NCBI GenBank assembly: GCA_965116925.1
Contig: OZ220744.1
Span: 320,001 to 384,000 of the forward strand
Direction of reading: 5' to 3'
Length of the DNA: 64,000 nt
From: Candidatus Poribacteria bacterium
GTDB lineage: Bacteria; Poribacteria; WGA-4E; PCPOR2b
Part shown: one piece after another, positions 10,015 through 19,057 of the stretch
Layout of the letters: each line of letters begins with the position of its first letter
How positions within the stretch are numbered: the first letter of the stretch is position 1
Translations under genes and position numbers: made by a program
The notes under the pieces: model-generated
Databases searched by the model: none
What the model saw: only the letters and a program-made list of their open reading frames with translations
What the model was told of the DNA's origin: nothing

Positions 10015-11952
10015 ATGGAATTAAAAACGGATTGGAACAATCGCATCTTGGTTGTTGATGACCAAGAAGAGATCCACGATGATCTTGAAGATATGTTGAC
10101 TTTCAACTCTATGCAGGCAGCAGAGAGTAGTAAGGCAGAAACGGATGCTTTCGCAGACCTATTTCTTGATGAAGCTGAAAAATCCTATCTGCCAGACTTT
10201 GAAATTTTGCATGCGATGGGCGGGGAGCAGGCGTGTGAAATCGTGAAAGCGAGTAAGGAATCGAACCGTCCCATTGCTGTAGGATTCATTGATGTCAGAA
10301 TGCCGCCGGGAATTGATGGGATTGAAGCAATCCATCAGATTAGACAGGTTGATAAAAACATGGAGATCGTCATCATGACCGCTTACACGGATAGGCCGCT
10401 GCCTGAGATGATCCATGATATGGAATTGCTTCATAAATTGCTCTATATCAGAAAGCCTTTCGTGCAGGAGGAGATTCAGCAGCTCGCCCTTTCCCTTGTC
10501 GAAAAGTGGAACATTGACGTGGAAAAAAGGCAGGCTGAACAGGAATTAATCAAAAACCAACAGCAACTGATAATCAGTCATAAAAGGCTTGAAACGGTAC
10601 TGGATTCTACGGGAGATGCCATCGGAATGTTTGACACCAACGGATCCTTGGTGTTTGCAAATCAATGGTATGAGGAGTTGTTCGAATTAACAGAAAGTGA
10701 ATTGAAGCAGATGGCACCCAACGACCATCAAGCACGGGTCAAAGCGCGTTTTCAAGAGTCAATCTCTCCTGAAGCGAAGATAAACGCACCCTTTGGAACC
10801 ACCGGAAGGGTGGAAGATATTATGGAAGTTAGCGAATCAAAACCCCGGTTGTTTCGTCGCCTGACCGCGCCGGTGCATGATGATAAGGGAAACATTGCCG
10901 GTAACATTATCACTTACCGCGACACCTCCAAAGAGATCGAATTCGAGCGGATGAAATCCGAAGTCGTTCGCTTACGTAACACGCTCCAAACAACCTCCTC
11001 CTTTAGTGGCATCATAGGTAAGAGCCAAGAGATGCAAGAGGTGTTCACGTTGATACAACGTGCGGCTGAAACCAACATCACCGTGCTGATTCAGGGGGAA
11101 AGCGGGACAGGTAAAGAGCTAGTCGCCCAATCCATCCATTTTAATAGTGATCGAAAAACGGAGCCATTTGTCGTCGTCAATTGTGCGGCGATTCCCGATA
11201 CACTTATTGAAAGCGAACTTTTTGGACATGAACGTGGGGCTTTCACAGGCGCGACAGCGCAAAAAATCGGACAATTTGAACAAGCCAATAGAGGAACAAT
11301 TTTTCTCGATGAAATTGGCGATATGCCATTTAACCTGCAAGCCAAGTTGTTGCGCGTCCTTCAAGAACGGGAGCTCCAGCGTGTCGGCGGAGCCAGAACG
11401 ATTCCGATTGACATCCGAGTCATCGCAGCGACAAATCAGGACTTAACTACCGCGGTAGAAGCAGGCGACTTCCGTCTGGATCTTTTCTATCGCCTCGCTG
11501 CCTATCCGATCGAGATTCCACCACTCAGAGCGCGGCGCGAAGATATCCCCCTATTGGCAAGACACTTTTTAGAAAAATATGTCGAAGATACTAACAAATC
11601 CATCAGTGAAATTTCCCCAAGTGCCTTACAACTGTTGATATGGCATGACTTCCCTGGCAATGTACGTGAGTTAGAGAACATCATTGAACGTGCTGTCCTG
11701 CTTGAGACAACGGATAGCCTACAAGCGTCCAATCTATCCTCGTCTATCCTTCCGATTTCCACCTCCCAAGCTGTTTCTCCGCACCTTTCCTCAACGACAA
11801 TCGTCCCGCTTGTGGAGGTCGAGAAGCAAGTACTTGCCCACGCCCTCGAAACTACGGACAATAATGTTAACAAGGCAGCCCAAGCCTTGGGTATCAATCG
11901 AGGGACCCTTTATCGGAAATTGAAGATGTATCAACTGTCCGTGTCAGAATAA
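10015..11952 (+). CDS. Sigma-54-dependent response regulator (REC-PAS-AAA+-HTH, NtrC family)
   Basis: [20 protein letters not shown] and RKPF receiver motifs; [15 protein letters not shown]; Fis HTH. ATG at 10015 follows the GAGGGG RBS. Confidence 0.95.
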   Translation: MELKTDWNNRILVVDDQEEIHDDLEDMLTFNSMQAAESSKAETDAFADLFLDEAEKSYLPDFEILHAMGGEQACEIVKASKESNRPIAVGFIDVRMPPGIDGIEAIHQIRQVDKNMEIVIMTAYTDRPLPEMIHDMELLHKLLYIRKPFVQEEIQQLALSLVEKWNIDVEKRQAEQELIKNQQQLIISHKRLETVLDSTGDAIGMFDTNGSLVFANQWYEELFELTESELKQMAPNDHQARVKARFQESISPEAKINAPFGTTGRVEDIMEVSESKPRLFRRLTAPVHDDKGNIAGNIITYRDTSKEIEFERMKSEVVRLRNTLQTTSSFSGIIGKSQEMQEVFTLIQRAAETNITVLIQGESGTGKELVAQSIHFNSDRKTEPFVVVNCAAIPDTLIESELFGHERGAFTGATAQKIGQFEQANRGTIFLDEIGDMPFNLQAKLLRVLQERELQRVGGARTIPIDIRVIAATNQDLTTAVEAGDFRLDLFYRLAAYPIEIPPLRARREDIPLLARHFLEKYVEDTNKSISEISPSALQLLIWHDFPGNVRELENIIERAVLLETTDSLQASNLSSSILPISTSQAVSPHLSSTTIVPLVEVEKQVLAHALETTDNNVNKAAQALGINRGTLYRKLKMYQLSVSE

Positions 11953-11961
11953 TTTAGAGCG

Positions 11962-12290
11962 TAGTAGGCACCCTCCGTGCGCCGTAACCCCCCCATAGTA
12001 GTAGGCACACTCCGTGTGCCGTCCCCAAATCTCCTGCTGCATAATGCGACCAAGCTGCAGAATGCAGCACTTTCCCCACATCCCCCGTCATCACAGGCTC
12101 CCCACCGATTTTTCCCTCTACCTTTTCCTAATCTGCTGCATTTTGCGACATTCAAAAGCAACCTGTGCGCCCTGAAAAAAATCTAAAAAAAAACGACGTG
12201 CTCTCGTGAAAAGCCTGTCCTTAAGGGATTTGTCCGCCGTTAGTCCCCTTTCCCCACCCCTGAATTGGAGGTTGGCACGGTTCATGCGTT
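11962..12290 (+). promoter_or_regulatory. Sigma-54 enhancer/promoter cassette B, copy 1 (with two REPs at its 5' edge)
   Basis: TGGCAC-GGTTC-ATGC (GG 12274-5, GC 12286-7). Enhancer-like TGCTGCA-N3-TGCGAC sites at 12035, 12053 and 12134. Near-identical copy at 15347-15786. Confidence 0.85.
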
Positions 12291-12355
12291 TTGCGTTCCA
12301 TGTCCTTAGATCACAACAAGATGTACCATTACAATGAAAGGTAGAACACTGAAAA

Positions 12356-14560
12356 TTGAAAACAACAAGAATCATTTCATCTTCGCCCATGTTAAGAAAT
12401 CGTGCAACAGTAGAGACAGGTCTTATATCTGATCAAGCCCGCTTCCTTCGTTGCCTCTCTGCTATCGCGCTGCTCGGCGCGCTTTTCCTATTCGCTGCTC
12501 CTCCCGCGTCGGCGGGACCAAGGCAGCACCTGACCGGCCTGTCGATGTCGGCCAACGGGACCGCGGTCCCGATCACCCATACGTCCACGTCCGCCGACGG
12601 GCAAATATGGTTTTATACGGCGACCGTTTCGCCTGACACGACCAGCGTGAGCGTCACGCCCACATGGACCGCCACCGTCGTCGATGCTCAGATAAGTTCC
12701 GCGACGCCGGACCATGACAACGTAATCACCAACGCTATAACAGTCTCCACATCCGGCACCTCCGCATCCGTGAACTTGGCATCCAGCGGCGACACTTGGG
12801 TGTCGGTTGCCCTGTTTTATGAGAGGAACGCTGCCACTGATTACAGGATCATCGTCAGCAAGCCGCCCGCCGCGCCAACCGGTCTAACGGTCACGGCGGG
12901 TAATGGGGAGCTGCGCTTGGCGTGGACGCGGCCGGTGGACGCTATCGCCGGCTACGACGTGGCATACACCTCGGCGAGCAGCAGCGCAGTCGCCGACACC
13001 GCGGCGGCGTCGGGCAGCGACCCCAGCGTCGCCTGGGTGCTGACGCGCTACAATCCCTCGTCCAGCGCGACCTCCTGGACAATTTCGGGCTTGACCAACA
13101 ATACGGACTACCGGGTGCGCGTACGCGCGATAGCGCGCAATTTTCTTGAGAGCCCCTGGGTGTTCGCTACGGGCAAGCCGAAGGTGCCACCAAGGCAGCA
13201 CCTGACCGGCCTGTCGCTGTCGGTCGACGGGATAGCTGTCCCGATCACCGAGACGTTCACGTCCGCCGATGGTCAAACAAGGTCTTATACGGCGAGCGTC
13301 CCGCACGACACGACCAGCGTGAGCATCACGCCCACATGGACCGCCACCGGCGTCGTTGTTCAGGTAGGTTCCATAATACCGTACCAGTACGACGTAATCA
13401 CCGACACTATAATAGTCTCCGCATCCGGCACCTCCAACTCCGTGAACCTGGCATCCAGTGGCAACACGCTGGTGTGGATTGCTCTGTTTTATGCGGACGG
13501 TACTGCCAGCACTTATTACGATATCATCGTCAGTAGGTTGCAGCCGCCCGCCGCGCAGATCGCGGTCCCGGCGCAGACGCGCCCCACAATCCGGATGTCA
13601 GTGTCTCCGAACCCGGTGGACGAGGGCTCGTCGGTGACGGTGACACTGACGCTGTCGGAAACGGCGGCGAGCCAAGTGGTCATCCCGGTGACGCTGACGG
13701 CTATATGGGCAGAGTCCGGCGACTACGGACCGCTGTCGTCGATTACGATCCCCGCCGGCGAGACAATCGGCACGGGGACTATCACCACGGCGCAGGACGC
13801 CGACGCCGAGCACGAGACATTCAGACTGGTGCTTGGGGCACCGCCGGCCGGATACGCTATGCCGTTGAGCCAGATGCAGATCATGATCCGGGACGACGAG
13901 GCCGCGGGCGCAGCACCTATCGCGCGCGCTATACACGATAACCAGACACCTGGCCTGTCCGTCTTCGGTTCTATCGTTGACGAAGGTGCCGGCGTCGCGA
14001 AGGAAGGTTTCCGAGTCAAGGTCAAAAACCTGACAACGAAGGCTTCTGTTAGCGAGATCAGTTCTGTCGAAACAGCAGACGGATATAGCGTGACCTTGGT
14101 TGACCTAGCTAACGCTCGCGCAACACGGGTCGGTGATGTGTTAGAGATTTCTGCTGAGTCGCTGGATCCGCGGATTGGTGTCGAACCGGTGCGGCATCTC
14201 GTTACAGTGGACGATGTGAAGCGCGGCACTATCCAGCTGGAAGATCTGATCGCGTATGAGATTCCCGCTGGGACGGAGCTGCTTCGCAACTATCCGAACC
14301 CGTTCAACCCAGAGACGTGGATTCCGTATCGTCTATCAGAGGATGCCGACGTGTCGTTAACCATCTACGATGCAAATGGTGGCTTGGTACGCTCCATTGA
14401 TGTGGGACATCAATCCGCAGCAGTGTATGAGTCCAGAGCCAAAGCCATCTACTGGGATGGTCGGAACCAATTCGGTGAACAGGTTGCAAGTGGCGTCTAT
14501 TTCTATAGCTTGAGTGCAGGAGACTTCTCGGCGACCCGTAAAATGGTAATACTGAAATAG
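12356..14560 (+). CDS. Secreted adhesin-like protein: two cadherin-like beta-sandwich repeats, FN3, Calx-beta-like and FlgD-Ig/T9SS-type C-terminal domain; start codon uncertain
   Basis: Duplicated PRQHLTGLS..TPTWTAT unit, PAAPTGLTVTAGNGELRLAW..YRVRVRA (FN3), NYPNPFNPETWIPY C-terminal domain. Confidence 0.8.
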   Translation: MKTTRIISSSPMLRNRATVETGLISDQARFLRCLSAIALLGALFLFAAPPASAGPRQHLTGLSMSANGTAVPITHTSTSADGQIWFYTATVSPDTTSVSVTPTWTATVVDAQISSATPDHDNVITNAITVSTSGTSASVNLASSGDTWVSVALFYERNAATDYRIIVSKPPAAPTGLTVTAGNGELRLAWTRPVDAIAGYDVAYTSASSSAVADTAAASGSDPSVAWVLTRYNPSSSATSWTISGLTNNTDYRVRVRAIARNFLESPWVFATGKPKVPPRQHLTGLSLSVDGIAVPITETFTSADGQTRSYTASVPHDTTSVSITPTWTATGVVVQVGSIIPYQYDVITDTIIVSASGTSNSVNLASSGNTLVWIALFYADGTASTYYDIIVSRLQPPAAQIAVPAQTRPTIRMSVSPNPVDEGSSVTVTLTLSETAASQVVIPVTLTAIWAESGDYGPLSSITIPAGETIGTGTITTAQDADAEHETFRLVLGAPPAGYAMPLSQMQIMIRDDEAAGAAPIARAIHDNQTPGLSVFGSIVDEGAGVAKEGFRVKVKNLTTKASVSEISSVETADGYSVTLVDLANARATRVGDVLEISAESLDPRIGVEPVRHLVTVDDVKRGTIQLEDLIAYEIPAGTELLRNYPNPFNPETWIPYRLSEDADVSLTIYDANGGLVRSIDVGHQSAAVYESRAKAIYWDGRNQFGEQVASGVYFYSLSAGDFSATRKMVILK

Positions 14561-14582
14561 TATCACTATACACTCACCTGAT

Positions 14583-14633
14583 ATAGCCGTTGGAGGCCCC
14601 ACACAATCGGGGCATTCAACGGCTATTTTTTTT
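14583..14633 (+). terminator. Intrinsic terminator
   Basis: ATAGCCGTTG...CAACGGCTAT stem followed by a T-run. Confidence 0.7.
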
Positions 14634-14638
14634 GGTTT

Positions 14639-14823
14639 TAGGACTTACGCAGTTGCACGCTCCCCCGCCCTGTTTGGAGAGTCTTAGACTTGCAGTTGGG
14701 CGATTTATCGTTACAGCACGCTGTTACCAACGCCCGATAAATTGAGCAACTCCAGCAGAGACACCCTCAAGGAGTTCGTAGGGAACGCAGATCTGCGTTC
14801 CCTACTGAAGTGCGTAACTCCTA
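14639..14823. mobile_element. MITE with TAGGACTTACGCA...TGCGTAACTCCTA ends and an internal GTAG palindrome
   Basis: Homologous copy at 26128-26290 and a lone left end at 15178. Internal perfect palindrome GTAGGGAACGCAGATCTGCGTTCCCTAC. Confidence 0.8.
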
Positions 14824-14829
14824 GGTTTA

Positions 14830-15075
14830 ACCTAAGTTGCTAGTCGTTGAAAGTCCACCGTTTTTTGTCAGGGCAGAGCCTCCCCGACCATCTGGTAGGT
14901 CCTTTGTCTTTCGCTCCAGAGGAGCGATATGTCTATAGAAGGGTAACATGTTCAATCCCTGCGCTCCAGAGGAGCGCAATGTGTATAGCCAGAGCCAAGC
15001 TGACGATAAATTGAAGTCCTAAGAACGGATTGGCGAAGTCGGAGCCGAGCGGGTTTTATAACTAGCAACTTGCGT
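14830..15075. mobile_element. IS982-derived MITE with 8-bp target duplication TAGGTTTA
   Basis: Ends ACCTAAGTTGCTAGT / ACTAGCAACTTGCGT match the IS982 TIRs at 43384/44306. TAGGTTTA at 14822-14829 and 15076-15083. Confidence 0.88.
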
Positions 15076-15346
15076 TAGGTTTATGTAAAAAGAAAGTGCA
15101 AAGCACGAAGTGAAGTGCACCTCCAGCCCCCCCTTAATCCCCCCGCAAGCGGGGGGAGAGTCACGCAGCAAAAACATTAGGACTTACGCAGTTGAACGGT
15201 CAAAGCACTGTAGTCAACTACAAACCCTCGTGGGTGCAGATTTCCCAATCTCGATTCCATCGGGACACGGCAGGTTAGGCAACCTACCCCCACGGTTTGA
15301 GTAATTTTTCAATCACGCATCACGTTATCAACAGGTTATTACATTA

Positions 15347-15786
15347 CGTAGGCACCCTCCGTGTGCCGTAACCCCCATAGTAGTAGGCACACTCGTGGGT
15401 TTTAAGAAATTAAACGGGTAATTCTATATTTCCCCAGACCCGGTAGGTGCGGTTTCCCCCCGCACCGGACATCGCTCGGAAATTACCCAATTAATAAATT
15501 AATTCTTCATCCGTGTGCCGTAACCAAATCTCCTGCTGCATAATGCGACCAAGCTGCAGAATGCAGCACTTTCCCCGCATCCCGCGTCATCACAGGCTCC
15601 CCGCCGATTCTCCCCTCTACCTTTTCCTAATCTGCTGCATTTTGCGACATTCAAAAGTAACCTGTGCGCCCTGAAAAAAATCTAAAAAAAACGGCGTGCT
15701 CTCGTGAAAAGCCTGTCCTGAAGGGATTTGTCCGCCGTTAGTCCCCTTTCCCCACCCCTGAATTGGAGATTGGCACGGTTCATGCA
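15347..15786 (+). promoter_or_regulatory. Sigma-54 enhancer/promoter cassette B, copy 2
   Basis: Near-identical to 11962-12290 apart from a 116-bp insertion; GG 15772-3, GC 15784-5. Confidence 0.85.
15395..15510. mobile_element. 116-bp MITE-like element inserted in a REP loop
   Basis: Absent from the paralogous site at 12001-12022; aligns with 8680-8796. Confidence 0.75.
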
Positions 15787-15910
15787 CTCTGTGTGCTTAG
15801 ACCATCAAAGAAAGGAGATTATGATAAAAAAAACGATTTTTTTCTTTCACATTACTCTTGGTAATTCAACTCTTTATTAGTACTTACATCATTCATACAG
15901 GGAGCAAAAC

Positions 15911-17080
15911 ATGGGTAGTAAATTAAAAACATATTTGCAGGATCCGCTCTTGAATCAGATGTTTTCTGAGGTTAGGCAAGCCGGTCCTCTCAAATCTATA
16001 CTGGTAGACATTACACACTTGTGCAATCTTCGATGCCAAGGCTGTTACTTTTTTGCGGAGAACCTAGACGAGCATAAATCGCCTAGCGATGAAGCAGTGC
16101 TTGACACTTTTATTGAGGAGGAAAAAGTGAGGGGGACCAATTACATAACAGTCGTCGGTGGGGAACCCACTCTCCAGTTGGATCGCCTCAAAAAGCTTTA
16201 TGACAATTTCTGGCTGGTTGTTGTCACCAACGGGCTCCGCAAAATTCCTTACGATGGCTTTGAAAATATGCCAATCGGTATTTCTATCTGGGGCGACCAT
16301 GAGACGGATACAGTTCTGCGAGGGTATGGGAAAATTGATGTTTTTGATCGAGCCTTAAAAAATTTCAAAGATGACCCCCGTGCAATTTGGTACTACACGA
16401 CTTCCCCCGGCAATGCCCATGAAATTGAAAGTGTAGTCGATCAGTGTGTTGCCAACGGCAACTACGTTACCTTCAATTTTTATGGTGACGTATCGAGTTT
16501 AGGTGGAAAGTTCGATCATACCAGGGGCTTTGAAAAGGTCCGTCATGAGATTGATCGGGCGATTCAACGACATCCCGATAAGATTTTGATGTCGCCTTAT
16601 CTCGCTGAAGTTGTCTCAACAGGAGAGTTGTTCGGTCAAAAATGGGGTTATGACGTTTGCCCGAGCGTTACCTTTGACAACGAGATAAACAGAGAGCGTG
16701 TTAAAAATGGGAATCCATACAATACGCATTTTCGTGCTTACAACCCCGATCTTAAAACAACCCGCCGGTGTTCCGTTGGTAATGAGAGAGACTGCTCAAC
16801 CTGTTACGACGTGTATGTCCACTTCGCTTGGATTATGTTAAACATGAAGCGGCACCTGCATACCGAGAAGGATTTCACAAACTGGTTAACAACGATGTAT
16901 CTCTTTTATTTGGGCAATCGGATTGTTGATTTTGAAACTGGTATTAAACTGTTGCCCAGTATTCACGAGCGGTTGCAGACTTTGCGTGATGAAGATTGGG
17001 CGTTCCCATCACTCAATACAGGCATGATGGCAAGCGGTCAGGCTTTCAATGCCCCACGCAATATCTCTGGGTATGTGTAG
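15911..17080 (+). CDS. Radical SAM protein with C-terminal Cys cluster (twitch/SPASM-like)
   Basis: CNLRCQGCYF (CX3CX2C), GGEP, VTNG, C-terminal CPS...RRC...DCSTC. Confidence 0.92.
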   Translation: MGSKLKTYLQDPLLNQMFSEVRQAGPLKSILVDITHLCNLRCQGCYFFAENLDEHKSPSDEAVLDTFIEEEKVRGTNYITVVGGEPTLQLDRLKKLYDNFWLVVVTNGLRKIPYDGFENMPIGISIWGDHETDTVLRGYGKIDVFDRALKNFKDDPRAIWYYTTSPGNAHEIESVVDQCVANGNYVTFNFYGDVSSLGGKFDHTRGFEKVRHEIDRAIQRHPDKILMSPYLAEVVSTGELFGQKWGYDVCPSVTFDNEINRERVKNGNPYNTHFRAYNPDLKTTRRCSVGNERDCSTCYDVYVHFAWIMLNMKRHLHTEKDFTNWLTTMYLFYLGNRIVDFETGIKLLPSIHERLQTLRDEDWAFPSLNTGMMASGQAFNAPRNISGYV

Positions 17081-17139
17081 TAAGTAAACAGGTCCCGACA
17101 GGAAAATGTCGATTTTGGAAAATCGACCTACAAAAACTA

Positions 17140-17231
17140 GGCTCATGTTAAGCAATCGTGCAACAGAAACCGAGTTCTTTCTTCAAAACTCGGTTTCTCT
17201 TCATGCCTTGCACTCTCTTTTTATATCAGCC
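17140..17231. mobile_element. MITE of the GGCTCATGTTAAG family
   Basis: Same end sequence at 12385, 18192, 19030, 46753-46898 and 52611; internal AGAAACCGAGTT...AACTCGGTTTCT palindrome. Confidence 0.7.
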
Positions 17232-17251
17232 TCCAAACTTAAGGAATCACA

Positions 17252-18151
17252 ATGGAAACACAGAATATCGAACTTTGTATTGATGGCTTTCGTTATTTCT
17301 ATAAGGTTTACCCCAACGCTGAAAGCAATTTTGCCCCGTTTGTGCTTATCAGCGGAAGTTTTCAGTCAATAGATGGGTGGAAGAAGCACGCTGAATGGTT
17401 GAACCAATTCGCCCCGGTCATTGTGTTTGATCCACCAGGGGTTGGGCTCTCCGACCCGCTACCTGCCCATTACGGTCTCGATTTCTTGGCAAACTCCCTT
17501 TTGAAGGTACTCGAAATGGAGGAAATCCCCCTGGTAAATTTGTTGGGAATATCTTACGGCACGGCTGTCGCTTACGGTTTTGCCCAATTGTATCCTCATA
17601 AAGTGAATCGAATGATATTAGCTGGATCCATGAAACAGATCCCGGCTGAGCAGGTCAAAGATATTCAAAAATCACTCACACTGTTGCGAGAGGGGAAAAA
17701 AGCCGATTTTGTGGATAGTGTGCTTCAGTTTTTAATCTGCCAAGATAAGCAAAAGTTTGTTGCGAAACGCCGCTCAATGGAGCGAGTCCTGCGGTCAATA
17801 GTGTCCACAGCTTCCACGGACGATTTAAAGAAATATGAACAGAACATGCTGCGGGCCATAACTCTCTCACATCTGGACTTGACGAATTCTCCAGACGTGC
17901 CGACTTTGGTCTTCACCGGTGAGCATGACACCTGCACCAATCCCCGCCATTGTTTGAAATTTGCAGAGGCACTTTCTAAGGGCATTTATACCACGATTCA
18001 AAACGCAGATCATCTTTTCTATCTTGAACAGTTTCTGACGGTTGTTGGGCTGGCTGCGGATTTCTTTTTAGAACTGCCGTTGGAGGCGTTAGAGGGGTGT
18101 ACCCCGGTAGAATACTTCGACAAGCAGCTGCCAATGGCCCTTGCCGCCTGA
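17252..18151 (+). CDS. Alpha/beta-fold hydrolase/acyltransferase
   Basis: FDPPGVGLS, nucleophile elbow GISYG, GEHD, ADHL catalytic triad. Confidence 0.9.
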   Translation: METQNIELCIDGFRYFYKVYPNAESNFAPFVLISGSFQSIDGWKKHAEWLNQFAPVIVFDPPGVGLSDPLPAHYGLDFLANSLLKVLEMEEIPLVNLLGISYGTAVAYGFAQLYPHKVNRMILAGSMKQIPAEQVKDIQKSLTLLREGKKADFVDSVLQFLICQDKQKFVAKRRSMERVLRSIVSTASTDDLKKYEQNMLRAITLSHLDLTNSPDVPTLVFTGEHDTCTNPRHCLKFAEALSKGIYTTIQNADHLFYLEQFLTVVGLAADFFLELPLEALEGCTPVEYFDKQLPMALAA

Positions 18152-18191
18152 AGCCCCTATAGTGAATATAATACCAATTTTGACAAAGAAC

Positions 18192-19029
18192 GCTCATGTT
18201 AAGATTTAGTGCAAAGAAACCGAGTTTTGAAGAAAAAACTCGGTTTCTCCTCGTTGGTTCATTGGTTCATTGGGTAATTACTGAACGAATGAACCAGTAA
18301 ACTCATGAATAACTTCGCCCCTCGGTAGGTGCGGTTACAAACAGTACCTACCAAGCGGTAGATTTAATAACCCTTCTCAATTGTCGTAAAATGCGAAAAG
18401 TAGTATAGTATTCTGCGACAACCCCGCCTCTATATAGCTTTGTTACAGACTTTCCGCCGCTATCCTCCCACTTAATTGATTCCAACTGTCGCATTTTGCG
18501 ACATCTTCACCCCATCCACTCTCACGCCATCTAACCGCCTGTATCCTTCAAAGACAAGCTATCAAAGGATTCCTTAGGCTTTGCCCTCGTTTGATTAAGC
18601 ATTGGCACAGTTTATGCTAATTTATCCAGTTATCCTTCCCGCGGTAGGAGTCCACTTCACCGTCCTCGGTGTTGCCTGCCGCTCCCCTTGGACGGGGATT
18701 GGGAGGGTTGGAAGGGTTGGAAGGGTTTCCCATTATACAATATCGAAGTTTATCTTTAGGTGGAGTGTCTGCCTATCAGGGGGATCGTCTACCTGTATGA
18801 CCGAATCCAAACGCCGTGCAAGCATTGAAAAATCCAAGCACGTTAACATCGGTATAAGGCGATGGGCTGCTGCTGGTGTGGGCGAGAAGTGCGTCTTGGC
18901 TACAGACGTTGTGGCGGAGGCGAGCAATCTCCCTTTTGCAAATGAGCCTTTTGATGTTCGCTCATATAAAAAAAGGTGCAAAACGCGAAGCGAACATTCG
19001 GTTTCTTTGCACTAAATCTTAACATGAGC
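18192..19029. mobile_element. 838-bp segment bounded by perfect 32-bp inverted repeats, carrying sigma-54 cassette A copy 2
   Basis: GCTCATGTTAAGATTTAGTGCAAAGAAACCGA at 18192-18223 and its exact reverse complement at 18998-19029. Confidence 0.7.
18368..18770 (+). promoter_or_regulatory. Sigma-54 enhancer/promoter cassette A, copy 2
   Basis: Offset 16460 bp from copy 1; palindrome at 18487-18503; GG 18604-5. Confidence 0.85.
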
Positions 19030-19057
19030 CAAAAAAAATAACCTAACGGAGATTTTT

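Noticed and set aside
15911..17080. Prokaryotic viperin or named RiPP maturase
   Set aside because: No viperin-like motif around the CX3CX2C and no RRE domain or convincing precursor peptide
17106..17372. ORFs overlapping MITEs or REPs (also 9207-9498, 15110-15304 and the 5' parts of 26248 and 46868)
   Set aside because: They are translations of repeat DNA
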